Shown: positions 1 to 10,188 of the stretch, in pieces
Layout of the letters: each line of letters opens with the position of its first letter
Position numbering within the stretch: position 1 is the stretch's first letter
Assembly: GCA_040954595.2 (NCBI GenBank)
Contig: CM082576.2
Span: 18,399,028-18,463,027, forward strand
Source of the DNA: Balanoglossus misakiensis
Taxonomy: Eukaryota > Animalia > Hemichordata
Direction of reading: 5' to 3'
DNA length: 64,000 nt
Program-made: the position numbers and the translations under genes
Notes under the pieces: generated by a model
The model's input: the letters and a program-made list of their open reading frames with translations, nothing else
Told to the model about the DNA's origin: nothing
Database searches by the model: none

Positions 1-795
1 TTCATCATGTGTTTGATGCGTATTAGATTAAACCTGCCTCTGCTCATTTTGGCTGATTTGTTTCATGTTAGCACTTCAACTGTATCCAAAGTGACAATAA
101 CATGGATATCTTACTTGCACCAAACCCTTGTTCCAGCACTCTTGATATGGCCATCTCAGGAACAGATTCGTGGTTGGATGCCATTAGATTTTAGAAAGGA
201 TTTTCCACACACACGAGTGATATTGGACTGCGCTGAATTTTTTGTTGATAGACCCAGGAATAAGAAAGAACAATACAAAACTTATTCACAGTATAAGAGC
301 CACAATACATACAAATGTTTGTTTGGGATTGCACCATTTGGAGCTTTTACCTTTGTAAGTGATTTATGGTCAGGTAATGTTTCAGATAAATATATAACTG
401 AACATAGTGGATTGATTGAAAAAATTGATGCTGAAGATGCAGTAATGGCGGACAGGGGTTTTCAAATTGAGGATCTGCTTTTAAAGCGTGACGCTGTTTT
501 GATTGCACCCCCTTTCACAAGAAAGTGGTATAATGGAAAAAAGAAAAGGTTAAATGTTAAAGAGATAAAAAGAACAAGAAAGATTGCTTCTTTACGCATT
601 CACGTTGAACGTGCGATCCAGCGAGTCAAATGTTGGCGTATCCTTAAACATCACATTCCCTGTAGTCTTCAAAATGTTTCATCAATGATAGTACAACTGG
701 TTGCAGCTTTGTGTAATTTGAAAGGGCCATTGTTTTACAGTAAGGATGACAGGCGTCTCCGAAAATACAAGTCAAAGCGGAAAATACCTTGTTAA
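1..795 (+). CDS. ISL2EU/Harbinger-like DDE transposase (HTH_Tnp_4 + DDE_Tnp_4), 5' part outside the window
   Basis: Motifs LADLFHVSTSTVS (HTH), VILDCAE, YSQYKSHNTYK, VMADRGF and RIHVERAI. The frame is open at the window start. Confidence 0.88.
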   Translation, partial: FIMCLMRIRLNLPLLILADLFHVSTSTVSKVTITWISYLHQTLVPALLIWPSQEQIRGWMPLDFRKDFPHTRVILDCAEFFVDRPRNKKEQYKTYSQYKSHNTYKCLFGIAPFGAFTFVSDLWSGNVSDKYITEHSGLIEKIDAEDAVMADRGFQIEDLLLKRDAVLIAPPFTRKWYNGKKKRLNVKEIKRTRKIASLRIHVERAIQRVKCWRILKHHIPCSLQNVSSMIVQLVAALCNLKGPLFYSKDDRRLRKYKSKRKIPC

Positions 796-826
796 ATACA
801 CTCCGCTTGTTTCAATGCATAATTAA

Positions 827-1175
827 AGGGACAAAGTATTTCTCTCGCTACCCTTTTTTCATTAATTATATTTGATACAAGACACCGTTTATGTTATTCT
901 ACATGTGGATATATAGTCAAAAATCAACGTTTGACCACACACACCTTTCATCCAACTTGTAGACACAATAGTGAAAACTCGCCAAAATGAATAATCGGTG
1001 TTTACCATTTATTCATTTTGGCAAGATTTTTACTCTCAAATCCTATAAACGGGATGGAAGTTGTGTGTGGTTGAACATTGATTCACTATATATCCACATG
1101 TAGAATAACATGAACAGTGTCTTGCATCAAACATAATTAATGGAAAAAGGGCAGCGTGAGAGAGACTTTGTACCT
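827..1175. mobile_element. Palindromic non-autonomous element (Kolobok-like MITE) with TTAA target duplication
   Basis: TTAA|AGGGACAAAGT...ACTTTGTACCT|TTAA. Nearly the whole element folds back on itself. Related copies at ~2133, ~34425 and ~43402. Confidence 0.8.
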
Positions 1176-2132
1176 TTAATACTGCCCGTAATAGATGGAA
1201 TATCTGACATGTGTGTTCCAATTTTCATGTTTAATACGGAGTACCACATCCATTCATGTGTCCCTTAATATGAAATGCATGTATAAATTGACTACACTTG
1301 CATCATAGTTCATAACAGTGAGTGTATCAGGAAGGGTTGTGTCCACAAACTTTTTTCCTTTCTGTAATATATGAAAATGTTAACTAGGACCACAAAATAG
1401 TTTACCACCATTGTCAAAGTCAGTTTTTTTAAAGGTTTCAATTTTAATCTTCAGTTAATATGAATTTCAACCATTCTAATGAACTGAATGAACTGAAGTG
1501 TCGATTAGGAATATGTACTTAGTGCATCTGTTTTAACAAATGAATCAACCTGACGTGTAAATATTTATATTCTATTAATTTTATTGGAATTCATATAAAT
1601 AAATAATATTTGAAAGAAGTTTTGATTTTGTTTTATGATCTGTATGATGATAATCATAGGATGATGGGTACACAATACATGTACACACCACATTAACTGA
1701 TACACACAACAATAATTTCCATGAATTTCCTTTGCCAAGAATTTTATTTACAGTGGTAGGTTCATTCTAAAATAAGACTACAAGAATGGTGAATGGAAAG
1801 AATCATCTATACAGTGTATTAGCCCTGCCATACCAGACTGTAATGTATTGGTCATGAACATAGTATATTAAAAGTTGTGGATAATCTATTGCAATGCCCC
1901 TGTTTAAAGCTTCATCAGCTGTAATTTTTCAGTATTGTTATTGTGCAAAATTTAAATTCAAGTCCGGACTAGAATTCATTTGTCAACAACAAATGTTACA
2001 CATATACAGGCTATGTTGACAAGTGGAGTACTGGTTATGTTAGCATGCTGTGTGGAGTAGAACAAGAAATTGCATTTGGTACACAACAGAAATGCTGAAA
2101 TTAAAGCTAAAAGTACGGTAATGTCCTTTCAG

Positions 2133-2441
2133 AGGGACTAAGTCTCTCTCTCTCTCTCTCTCGCTGCCCTTTTCCCATTAATAATGTTTGATACAAGACA
2201 CAGTTGATGTTATTCTACATGTGGATATATAGTGAATCAACGTTCGACCACACACAACTTCCATCCCACTTGTAGGATATGAGAGTCAAAATATTGCCAA
2301 AATGAATAAATGGTAGATACTGATTATTCATTTTGGCGAGTTTTAAACTCTCGTGTCTACAAGTGGGATGGAAGTTGTGTGTGGTCGAACGTTGATTCAC
2401 TATATATCCACATGTAGAATAACATCAACTGTGTCTTGTAT
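2133..2441. mobile_element. Second, truncated copy of the palindromic TTAA MITE
   Basis: Same arms (GATACAAGACAC...CTACATGTGGATATATAGTGAATCAACG...) in inverted arrangement. Confidence 0.75.
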
Positions 2442-2564
2442 AAATGTAATCATATCTTTTTGATAGTGGACAACTTAGTAAATTAGATGTGCCAAACTTC
2501 TGTCCAAGTGATTACCATAAAAAAAACAGAGTGATTGATCTACAACTATTGCAAGAAAACATAC

Positions 2565-4019
2565 CTGACACATGTGTTGCCGGATCCTCATTACATCTGT
2601 GTTCTCCAATGACTTTAGTGGTCTGTAGTTTTCAGGTGTAGGTCCTGGCTTTTTGGGTGTCTTTTTGTCTTTGCGGTAGTCAAGGTGTGTGACTACAACT
2701 GGCTCAGATTCCTTTCTTGGCCTTGACCATTCACACATGTTGTCAGTTCCAACAGACGTATGCCTATCTACTCTCCTATCATTAAAGTCTGCCACAGCAA
2801 ACATCAAACAGATCACATGTTTGCAAGACCCATCATCACTGAAATACAAGAAAATATCATAAATATGTCATCTACACATTAAAAAACAACATGTCAATAC
2901 AATTCACAATCTGAATATACACGAAGAACCTGTTCTTGACAGCTTTATCCAATCCATATCCCATCCCTATTACCATGTGGTGGCGCCCTTTTCGCATTTG
3001 CCAACCACCCAAAAATCTGGTATTGGATTCGTTTGATTTTTCCATGGTAACATTGGTTAATTTAGGCATTATAGGTGACCATATAGCTCAAAATACTGTG
3101 AGTACATGTACATGTACATGTACATAGCTACAAACTAGGCTCGGACATGGACAAGTCGTAACCGGCTCGGTGTAGCGTAAACAATAACACAGTGGATCGA
3201 TCAATCAGGAAGTGCACATTTTTAGCATCGATATTCAAACATAAGACCGGAAAATAAATCGATAGTAATTAGAGCTCTTTTTAAATACGTCCGAAAAGGG
3301 TTAACTGTTTAGTCAGATCTTACGACTTCTGTCAAATCCAGCATCACCGAGAAGTTTGCATACCGTGGCCGAGCGAGCGAGCCACATTGAAACAAACTGA
3401 TTACATGTATTTATTGAGCAGGCAAGTACATTTCCGTCGCGAAAAGAAAATATACACAAATCACAAAGTAATATACTTACGCTGCTACACATCCACAGCC
3501 TGCGGAAAGCACCTCTGCTTTCTTAGTCAGCAGTATCCAAGTTTCGTAACGATCGGCTGCTTGTCTCTGCTCTGGTTTGACTTGCCCTTTGATGAACATG
3601 AAGTCTGGGCAATTTTCAATCGACCCAAGACTCAAACTTTCAACATGATCGTCCTTGTACATCAAAAAACCATCATCTGAACGATAATTACTCAATCTTT
3701 TTGGAGTCCATTCACAATGAGACACAATATATGCGAACACATCGCCTAACGTTAACAAAGGCATACTACGCAGGTCTCGGCGCCAGACGACTGCCGCTCC
3801 GTATACATCTACAACTTTACCGTCATCGTCAACAACACGTCTTCGTTTTCGTTCAGCTTTGTCATGGTCACATTTCTCAATGACATCGTATCTAATATCT
3901 GCCTTACTTGCTAACTCAACCAATTCTTGTTTGTTTTTTCTTCCACATGAGGGAATACCTCTCTCTCTTAAAAATTTTTTCAACTCATCAACACGCATCT
4001 TCCGAAACCTGTCGGCCAT
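2565..4019 (-). pseudogene. ISL2EU second gene, N-terminal part (SAP-like + SWIM zinc finger). Exons 4019-3481 and 2838-2565; downstream YqaJ exons degenerate
   Basis: MRVDELKKFLRERGI...NKQELVELA (SAP-like). A GT-AG splice restores the SWIM motif CGCVAA|DDGSCKH. Convergent with the transposase at 1-795. Confidence 0.75.
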
Positions 4020-4076
4020 TTTGAAAAAGTGTCGACCGCTAGACACTTTTCATACTAACCTAGGGGGTCAGAATTC

Positions 4077-4453
4077 TAACTTAATATTTAAAGCCTTATC
4101 ACTTCGCTCAAGGATATGCCTATTGTTATAGGATTGGGTCGAAGTTCTGGGTGGCGTGTCCATGGCGAAGCACGTGACTCGTTCATAGAGGGTGGGCGGG
4201 TGGGTTATAGTTTTCTTATCGGAAACCGCATAACTTTCCCTATCAATTCCGCCATATGTGTCCTTGACTCGGCCTGTTGCAAATGAGGGAGAAAGTCCGG
4301 CTGCATTGTTACCTATTTATACCCCACAAATTTGCATATTGCGGATCCATATCACTCAGTGATGCGGCTTTGAATAACTTAATATTTAAAGCCTTATCAC
4401 TTCGCTCAAGGATATGCCTATTGTTATAGGATTGGGTCGAAGTTCTGGGTGGC
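4077..4453 (-). repeat. 3' terminal block B1-A2-spacer-B2 of element 1
   Basis: 79-bp B at 4077-4155 and 4375-4453. 103-bp A at 4274-4376 matches 10071-10173. Confidence 0.93.
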
Positions 4454-4777
4454 TCTCCTGGCGTGAACACCATGCCTCATACATACGTACCCGCCTCCTT
4501 AAATCTGATATATCAGAACATATCATGCACATGCCCATTCCAAATCCTAACCCCCCATACCCCACACCCATTTCACAATTCTACTCCCCTATCCTACATA
4601 CATGTACGCACACAAAAGAGATACACATGTATTTTGCCTGAAGACTTATTTATTGCATATGTCATTTCAACAATAGGTTACACAAGGAGAACGTCTGAAA
4701 CCCTACCTCTCTATCTTATTTGCTTATCGGAGAAAGGTAGTTTTCTGGACTCGCGCTACACAATGCGGATATACTAA

Positions 4778-6058
4778 TTAATGACTACTGGGAAAGGCCT
4801 TAGAGAAGCCCACCAGGTCGTTCATATATTGATAAGCCTCTGCTTTCTGGTCTAAATTATCCACTATAGCCATTAAGCTATCTGCTATGGCTCCAACTTG
4901 AGTTACTTTTGCTAGTTGCATATAATAGTTGGCTGTCTCTTCTGCCCGCCAACCCACATGGCTCATTAGCGCATGAAGGTCATTACCCTCCATAGCCAGG
5001 GAAATAGCGCAAGCACTTCTGCAGCCATGAGGAGTTTCACCTGCATCTATCCCTACTTTTTGTAAGTAGGTTTTTAGTCGGGAATACGCCAATTGAGATG
5101 AGAAAGGTTTTTGATCCGTAGAGCCATGTGAATTGATTGGCCGGAAGAGATAACCCGTTGACAAATCGATTCCAACACTCTGCGCCAGCTTGAAATAAGC
5201 TTCGACGGTGTTAACTGGACATACGAAGGGATCGGCGCATCGCTTAATTGCAAATACATTAGTAGACGAGCCTCTCAAGGTTTTTCCAAAAGTATGATTG
5301 AATAATAATCCAGAGTTATCGGGAAAACGCATAATTTCCTGAGTCTTGACATGACCTAGGTCATGTGCCCTGTCCCCTGAAAAGGATAACATCTTAAAAT
5401 ATGCGAGATCCCTTGCCAATACGTACATGCGAGCTGGTGCGGTAGATGACACCATCTGATTAAGTATATGCTCAAAAACCAGCTTCAATTTATTTATAAA
5501 AAGGGGTGTGGCCTGTTTTGCTGTTATCATGGCTCTTGCTTGTTCTTCTGCTATTTTCTTTAAGTATCTAGCGACCAAAGGCGATTCTACCGGGTTAGGC
5601 CTATCTAAACCGACCTGTGAGGAAAAGGCTTGATAGAATGTTTTCAATTTTGAAACCATATTCTTAGCTGTGGTAACACGAATTCTCTTAGGGCATTGGC
5701 ATTGTTGATATCCAGGGAGACCTAAATAGGGACAGATTATTGCGTGTACTTGTGTTTTAGCATCCTTGTCCTTATAAATGAGAAACCGAACTATATCTTG
5801 TGCTGATGCCATCAATAATGATTTTGGTTCATCCAACCCTGTTAGGAAAGCTTCGAATTGTTGGATTAAACGATCCTTTTGTATGTCGTGTGCCGACCGA
5901 TTACCCAGCACTTCCTTCATTCTACTGTCGATGGCTTCAAGATTAAGTGTGCTACCACTATCATGGATGGGCTGCTGTGGCTGTAGGGGCACTTTTGTGC
6001 CACACGCCTTGCATCGTTGGGAAGCACCATTGGTCGTACCACACATCCAACATGCTTG
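4778..6058 (-). CDS. Tyrosine recombinase with N-terminal zinc ribbon
   Basis: CWMC...CKAC, then catalytic SGDRAHDL (R), HGCRS (HxxR), HVGW and ANYY (Y). Splice acceptor at 6059/6058. Confidence 0.92.
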   Translation of the reverse strand, partial: QACWMCGTTNGASQRCKACGTKVPLQPQQPIHDSGSTLNLEAIDSRMKEVLGNRSAHDIQKDRLIQQFEAFLTGLDEPKSLLMASAQDIVRFLIYKDKDAKTQVHAIICPYLGLPGYQQCQCPKRIRVTTAKNMVSKLKTFYQAFSSQVGLDRPNPVESPLVARYLKKIAEEQARAMITAKQATPLFINKLKLVFEHILNQMVSSTAPARMYVLARDLAYFKMLSFSGDRAHDLGHVKTQEIMRFPDNSGLLFNHTFGKTLRGSSTNVFAIKRCADPFVCPVNTVEAYFKLAQSVGIDLSTGYLFRPINSHGSTDQKPFSSQLAYSRLKTYLQKVGIDAGETPHGCRSACAISLAMEGNDLHALMSHVGWRAEETANYYMQLAKVTQVGAIADSLMAIVDNLDQKAEAYQYMNDLVGFSKAFPSSH

Positions 6059-6232
6059 CTGTGTGAGGAAATGAACATTAATATAATTACCAAATCAAGA
6101 GGTTTTTCTTTTTCTTTTCCTTATTGTTGCTGTTATTCTGTTGTTGTCGTTATTTTTCGTCTTTTCTACTTCTCATATTGGGCTAAAATGTCATACATCC
6201 TGACTCGAGCGCAGTGTACACCCATTGTGTTC

Positions 6233-8410
6233 TCACTCATGACGTACCAATTTAACAGCGAACAGTGCACACGGAGCTCTACATGGCTTATACCCCTCTC
6301 GTGAGGGCGCTAGGATTACTCCCATGTCACCCTCCTCAGCCAGTTTTACGAATTTTGACGCTGACTGCCGGATCTCCGGCCAATACGAGGGGTAAGCGCA
6401 GCGTTTATGGACGATGATGGTAGCATTCAAATGCATTTGCCTAACGTGTTTAATGACGGCATGCGTGAGATGGAAAGGCGGATACACGTAAATTCTATCC
6501 CTTGGCGAGAAGTGATAGTGGAAAAAATTTACCCCAGCACTATCGGCCTGTGGAAATGGGGACACAAAACTCTCGAGTCTGGCGTTCGATGACGTGGCCA
6601 TAGCGTCAATAGAGTGGGGGCCACACTCCTTCTGCACTATAGCCCATGCTCTATCTGACAATTTCGCGTGGCACATGTCTAACTCTCTAGAGGCAAAATC
6701 GGCTAGATTCTGGTGTGAGCGGACGTGAGCAATTGTTAGGCGGGTATTATGGGTAACACAGAAGTGGAAAATTTTCTTTAGCAATTCATTTAACTGCACA
6801 GATTTAGATCCCGGGTACCCCTGGTTCCAGGCATGCACAAGGATTAATGAGTCTGACAAAACGTCGAGACGAGAATTTGAAACTTCTTGGCTAAATGCCG
6901 TGAGGGCTCTACAAAGAGCTTCAGTTTCTTTATCGATAATCGACTTTTTTTGCCATTCCTCCTCCCAACCATCACTTACGGTAACTGCTTTTTCCAAATG
7001 TGGCTGAAACACCGCCCCCCATTTATATGAACTGGCATCAGTGTACATTTTCAGTATAACGTGAGTTTCGTCTGGCCACCTAAAAGTCCCTGCTGTCTCG
7101 ACAATTTCCAACCATTGGCTGAGTTCGCGTCTGAGAGGGCCTTTAATCTGAACAAGGCTTCGTGCTGACACTTGCGCACTGGCCAGTGCGCGAGCCATTC
7201 GTCGTATATACAGCCTAGCGCACGGAATCGCGAGGGAGAACGAGATACACTTTCCCATTATTTTTTGCAATTCTGTGACCAGGATTGCAGATCGTAATAA
7301 GGCGTATCTAACCAACTCTACAAAACGTGCCTTCTTTAAATCTGGTATACTGAAGGCCCGCTGGACGGAATCTACCGTCATACCCAGGAGGACCAAGGAT
7401 TGGACTGGCGAAAGTACACTTTTTTCCAGGGCTATAAAGTAACCTGCGTCAATACATAATTTTAACAAGATGTAGGCAGATGCTTCGGTCAGCTCGAGGC
7501 TCGTCCAGTGGCTCGCATTTAAGCGGAAGGCCCCTGCAATTCTCAAAGGCCCCCCATGCCTGTCATCTATATATTGCAAGCATGGAACACCGAGCATACG
7601 CGCGTGACTAGTTATTGTGTACCCTAACGTATGATAAATGTATGCTGAAGATTTCCAACCAAACGGCAATGTGTTATTAACAAACCAGTATCCGGCCCAC
7701 TGGAAACCAAAATATGTGCGATCCTCCTCTCTGATAAACACATGATCATACCCACTTTTGTCATCTGATTTAAAATGATAATCATACTGGTTCAGATAAC
7801 GTGAAACTTCTATTAGTTTATCTAGTTTAAAGGGTTTATCTACCATCCACAGATTAAGGTACCTCATGTCGATACACATCCGGGGCTTTTTAGGCTCTAT
7901 TGTGATAGGCATCACAATATGCGGTGGAGGATCAATTCCGACCAAACCTACAGCTGATATCGCCCCGGTTTTAATTTTTTCATTAATCGTACTTGATATA
8001 AAATCTATAAATTGTTGACAAGCTGGGGCATTTGCAAAGACCTTTGCAGGAGGGGTAGGAGTGTCGTAGAAAACTCCCTTAAATGTTCCCTTAAACGGCT
8101 GAAAATATTCAGTCACGTTAGCCCCTTCCCTAATCCAATTCATAATTTGAGCCTGATTACTAGTGTCATGAGCCATTTGCCGCCATATCGCCTGGTGTCT
8201 GTGTACTTCCCCAGCTATGAAGTCGTGAGGGTTTCGGAACTGGAGGAGGCTGGGAGATGCCTTGCACAAACCGGCTGCCACTTCATGTGGGTCCGGGGAC
8301 TGAGCACTTCGGTCCTGTTGAGGGACTCCCTCAAGTGTTACCCATGCGTAAGTAGAACGTCTAACTGGCCAAAGTTCAGAAGAGAATTTTTCCCAGGGCT
8401 GTGGTACCCC
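6233..8410 (-). CDS. pol: reverse transcriptase + RNase H + N6-adenine methyltransferase-like domain
   Basis: DDKSGYDH, LPFGW, YIDD (RT). YTDAS, LSDS, NLADFASR (RNase H). IDAMA...N and YVYPPF (MT-like). The ORF is uninterrupted; its 5' extension runs through a poly(A) tract and is probably non-coding. Confidence 0.93.
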   Translation of the reverse strand, partial: GVPQPWEKFSSELWPVRRSTYAWVTLEGVPQQDRSAQSPDPHEVAAGLCKASPSLLQFRNPHDFIAGEVHRHQAIWRQMAHDTSNQAQIMNWIREGANVTEYFQPFKGTFKGVFYDTPTPPAKVFANAPACQQFIDFISSTINEKIKTGAISAVGLVGIDPPPHIVMPITIEPKKPRMCIDMRYLNLWMVDKPFKLDKLIEVSRYLNQYDYHFKSDDKSGYDHVFIREEDRTYFGFQWAGYWFVNNTLPFGWKSSAYIYHTLGYTITSHARMLGVPCLQYIDDRHGGPLRIAGAFRLNASHWTSLELTEASAYILLKLCIDAGYFIALEKSVLSPVQSLVLLGMTVDSVQRAFSIPDLKKARFVELVRYALLRSAILVTELQKIMGKCISFSLAIPCARLYIRRMARALASAQVSARSLVQIKGPLRRELSQWLEIVETAGTFRWPDETHVILKMYTDASSYKWGAVFQPHLEKAVTVSDGWEEEWQKKSIIDKETEALCRALTAFSQEVSNSRLDVLSDSLILVHAWNQGYPGSKSVQLNELLKKIFHFCVTHNTRLTIAHVRSHQNLADFASRELDMCHAKLSDRAWAIVQKECGPHSIDAMATSSNARLESFVSPFPQADSAGVNFFHYHFSPRDRIYVYPPFHLTHAVIKHVRQMHLNATIIVHKRCAYPSYWPEIRQSASKFVKLAEEGDMGVILAPSREGYKPCRAPCALFAVKLVRHE

Positions 8411-8769
8411 CTGTAAGACAATTAACAAGGTATGTATGAGAAAAGAGATCAGCCCGAAACCTACAGTTTTCTCTTTTTTTTTTTTTTTTTTTTTTTGGCT
8501 CGAGGGAATCCCTAGACAGGACCTCGCAAACGCAAGGTTGCAAAATGCAAAGGGCCACATGGGCCTTCCCTGTGTGCGGGATATAACGGTAATGCAAAAT
8601 GGCAAAGCATGCATGGAGAAATCGGGAACAGGGACAAGGGGGGAAAAGAAACACAATCTACAGTTATTCCTCTCGAACGAAATCTTTAATATAGATACTC
8701 AAATGAATTACATATCAGTGTGTGAACCATGAAAAGAGCGTGCCACGCAAATCACAAAGTCCGTGTAAT

Positions 8770-10050
8770 CTAAGACTTCTTTTTAGTAGGGCAAGCTCTG
8801 GCCATATGGCCAGCTTCTCCACATGCATAGCAGGTAATGTTATTAACATTCCTTCTCTGTCGGTTGTATGGCTCATATCGTTGACTCTGGGGGTGACGCG
8901 GCGAGTGTCGCAAAAACTTGGTAACTTTCGCCGCGATCTCTTCCTCCTCCTTGTTCCCTAGGAGTAACACCAACAGACGCCCTGCATCCTTTCCAAATTC
9001 GTTGGATTCGAACTGCGCCAGGACAGCTCTAAATCTAGATAACTTGGGGTGGGCGGCTACAGTAGCCCTATCCACCAGCGCCCGCAAAGCAGTAATTAGC
9101 TGTTGACGAGTTGACAGTGCGGGTGTGTGAGCCATTTCCATAACTTTTGTTAAAGCATCATCTACAGACGCAGTCTCTGCTATATCCTGCAGTCGTTTCA
9201 CCTGCCGTTTGAGTGCTTCTAACTCGCTCGCCTGAAACCAAGCACAGTACATGGTATTATTGCTGATATAGTTCAAGCTTATGAACGTAATTCTTACTCG
9301 TTTTGTGCAAGCCACCGCATACAGTATCAATCCATTGATACCCCTGAAGCACCCATCACTCGTCACTGGGTTCCTGCCTAACCAATCACATCAGGCCACC
9401 CTCGCAGGCACTCGCCTACCTGGGCCTTAAACTATCGGCACCCTCGCAGCGACCCCGGGTTACTGCCTGGCCGATCTCATGGCCACCCTCGCAGGCGTTC
9501 AGCCTACCTGGGCCACGCTCAACATAAACGTGTATGACATACGAAAACATAGGGTACATGACTAAAACGTATCGAGAGAGAGAGTGAAAGAGAGAGCAAA
9601 AGTGAGAAAGAGAACGCAAGATACGCACCTGTCGCTCATACCATATCGACAGGCACACACACCTGCAGAGGAGCTGGGGGAAACAGCCAGCAACCATAAA
9701 AACTACCTAGGACGGAAAACAGCGTGGAACACACGAACACACCGCGAAGAATGAGAGAGAGAGAGGGAGAGCGAGCGAGAGAAACAACGGAAAGAAGCAC
9801 GTTACCAGCCACGCACCAACGCAGAAACCACGTAATCGAAACAGGAGCTCACCTGGCTGGTATCCTTTTTTGTGACTGGTTGGGGCTCTCCTCTAGCTGT
9901 CGCACTAATCGCAGGACCAGTAGCAGGCTGCGGATTTCCACCGTGTAACGCAGCAGCAGGAGGCGGCTGTGGGGCCGTAGACGCCCGGGCTGGCCGGTGC
10001 TGTTCAACGAATGCCGTAGCGGCTGGTGCAGCTGGTTGCGACGAAGCCAT
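8770..10050 (-). CDS. gag-like protein with CCHC zinc knuckle; predicted exons 10050-9853 and 9231-8770
   Basis: CYACGEAGHMARAC. CAG|GTGAG donor and TTTCAG acceptor join in frame. Homologous to the gag at 25546-26076. Confidence 0.85.
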
Positions 10051-10070
10051 GATGTGTGTGCAACGTGTGA

Positions 10071-10173
10071 CTGTTGCAAATGAGGGAGAAAGTCCGGCTG
10101 CATTGTTACCTATTTATACCCCACAAATTTGCATATTGCGGATCCATATCACTCAGTGATGCGGCTTTGAATA
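10071..10173 (-). repeat. A1 terminal repeat of element 1
   Basis: Matches 4274-4376. Confidence 0.93.
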
Positions 10174-10188
10174 TTTCAGGCAGCGAGA

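Larger units (their letters stand above)
4077..10173 (-). mobile_element. Complete tyrosine-recombinase retrotransposon (PAT-like DIRS group) with split direct repeats
   Basis: Order on minus: A1(10173-10071), gag, pol, YR, B1(4453-4375), A2(4376-4274), spacer, B2(4155-4077). The repeat copies read as identical. Confidence 0.93.

Noticed and set aside
4778-6046. Prophage or bacterial integrase
   Set aside because: It is linked to gag and RT/RNaseH within split direct repeats and has spliceosomal signals.
8516-8573. tRNA gene or known ribozyme
   Set aside because: No T-loop or D-loop consensus, no 7-nt anticodon loop, and no hammerhead core (CTGATGA/GAAA) seen.
8411-8656. N-terminal 82 aa of the 807-aa ORF
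   Set aside because: It runs through a poly(A) tract and the structured RNA and is not conserved as protein in element 2.
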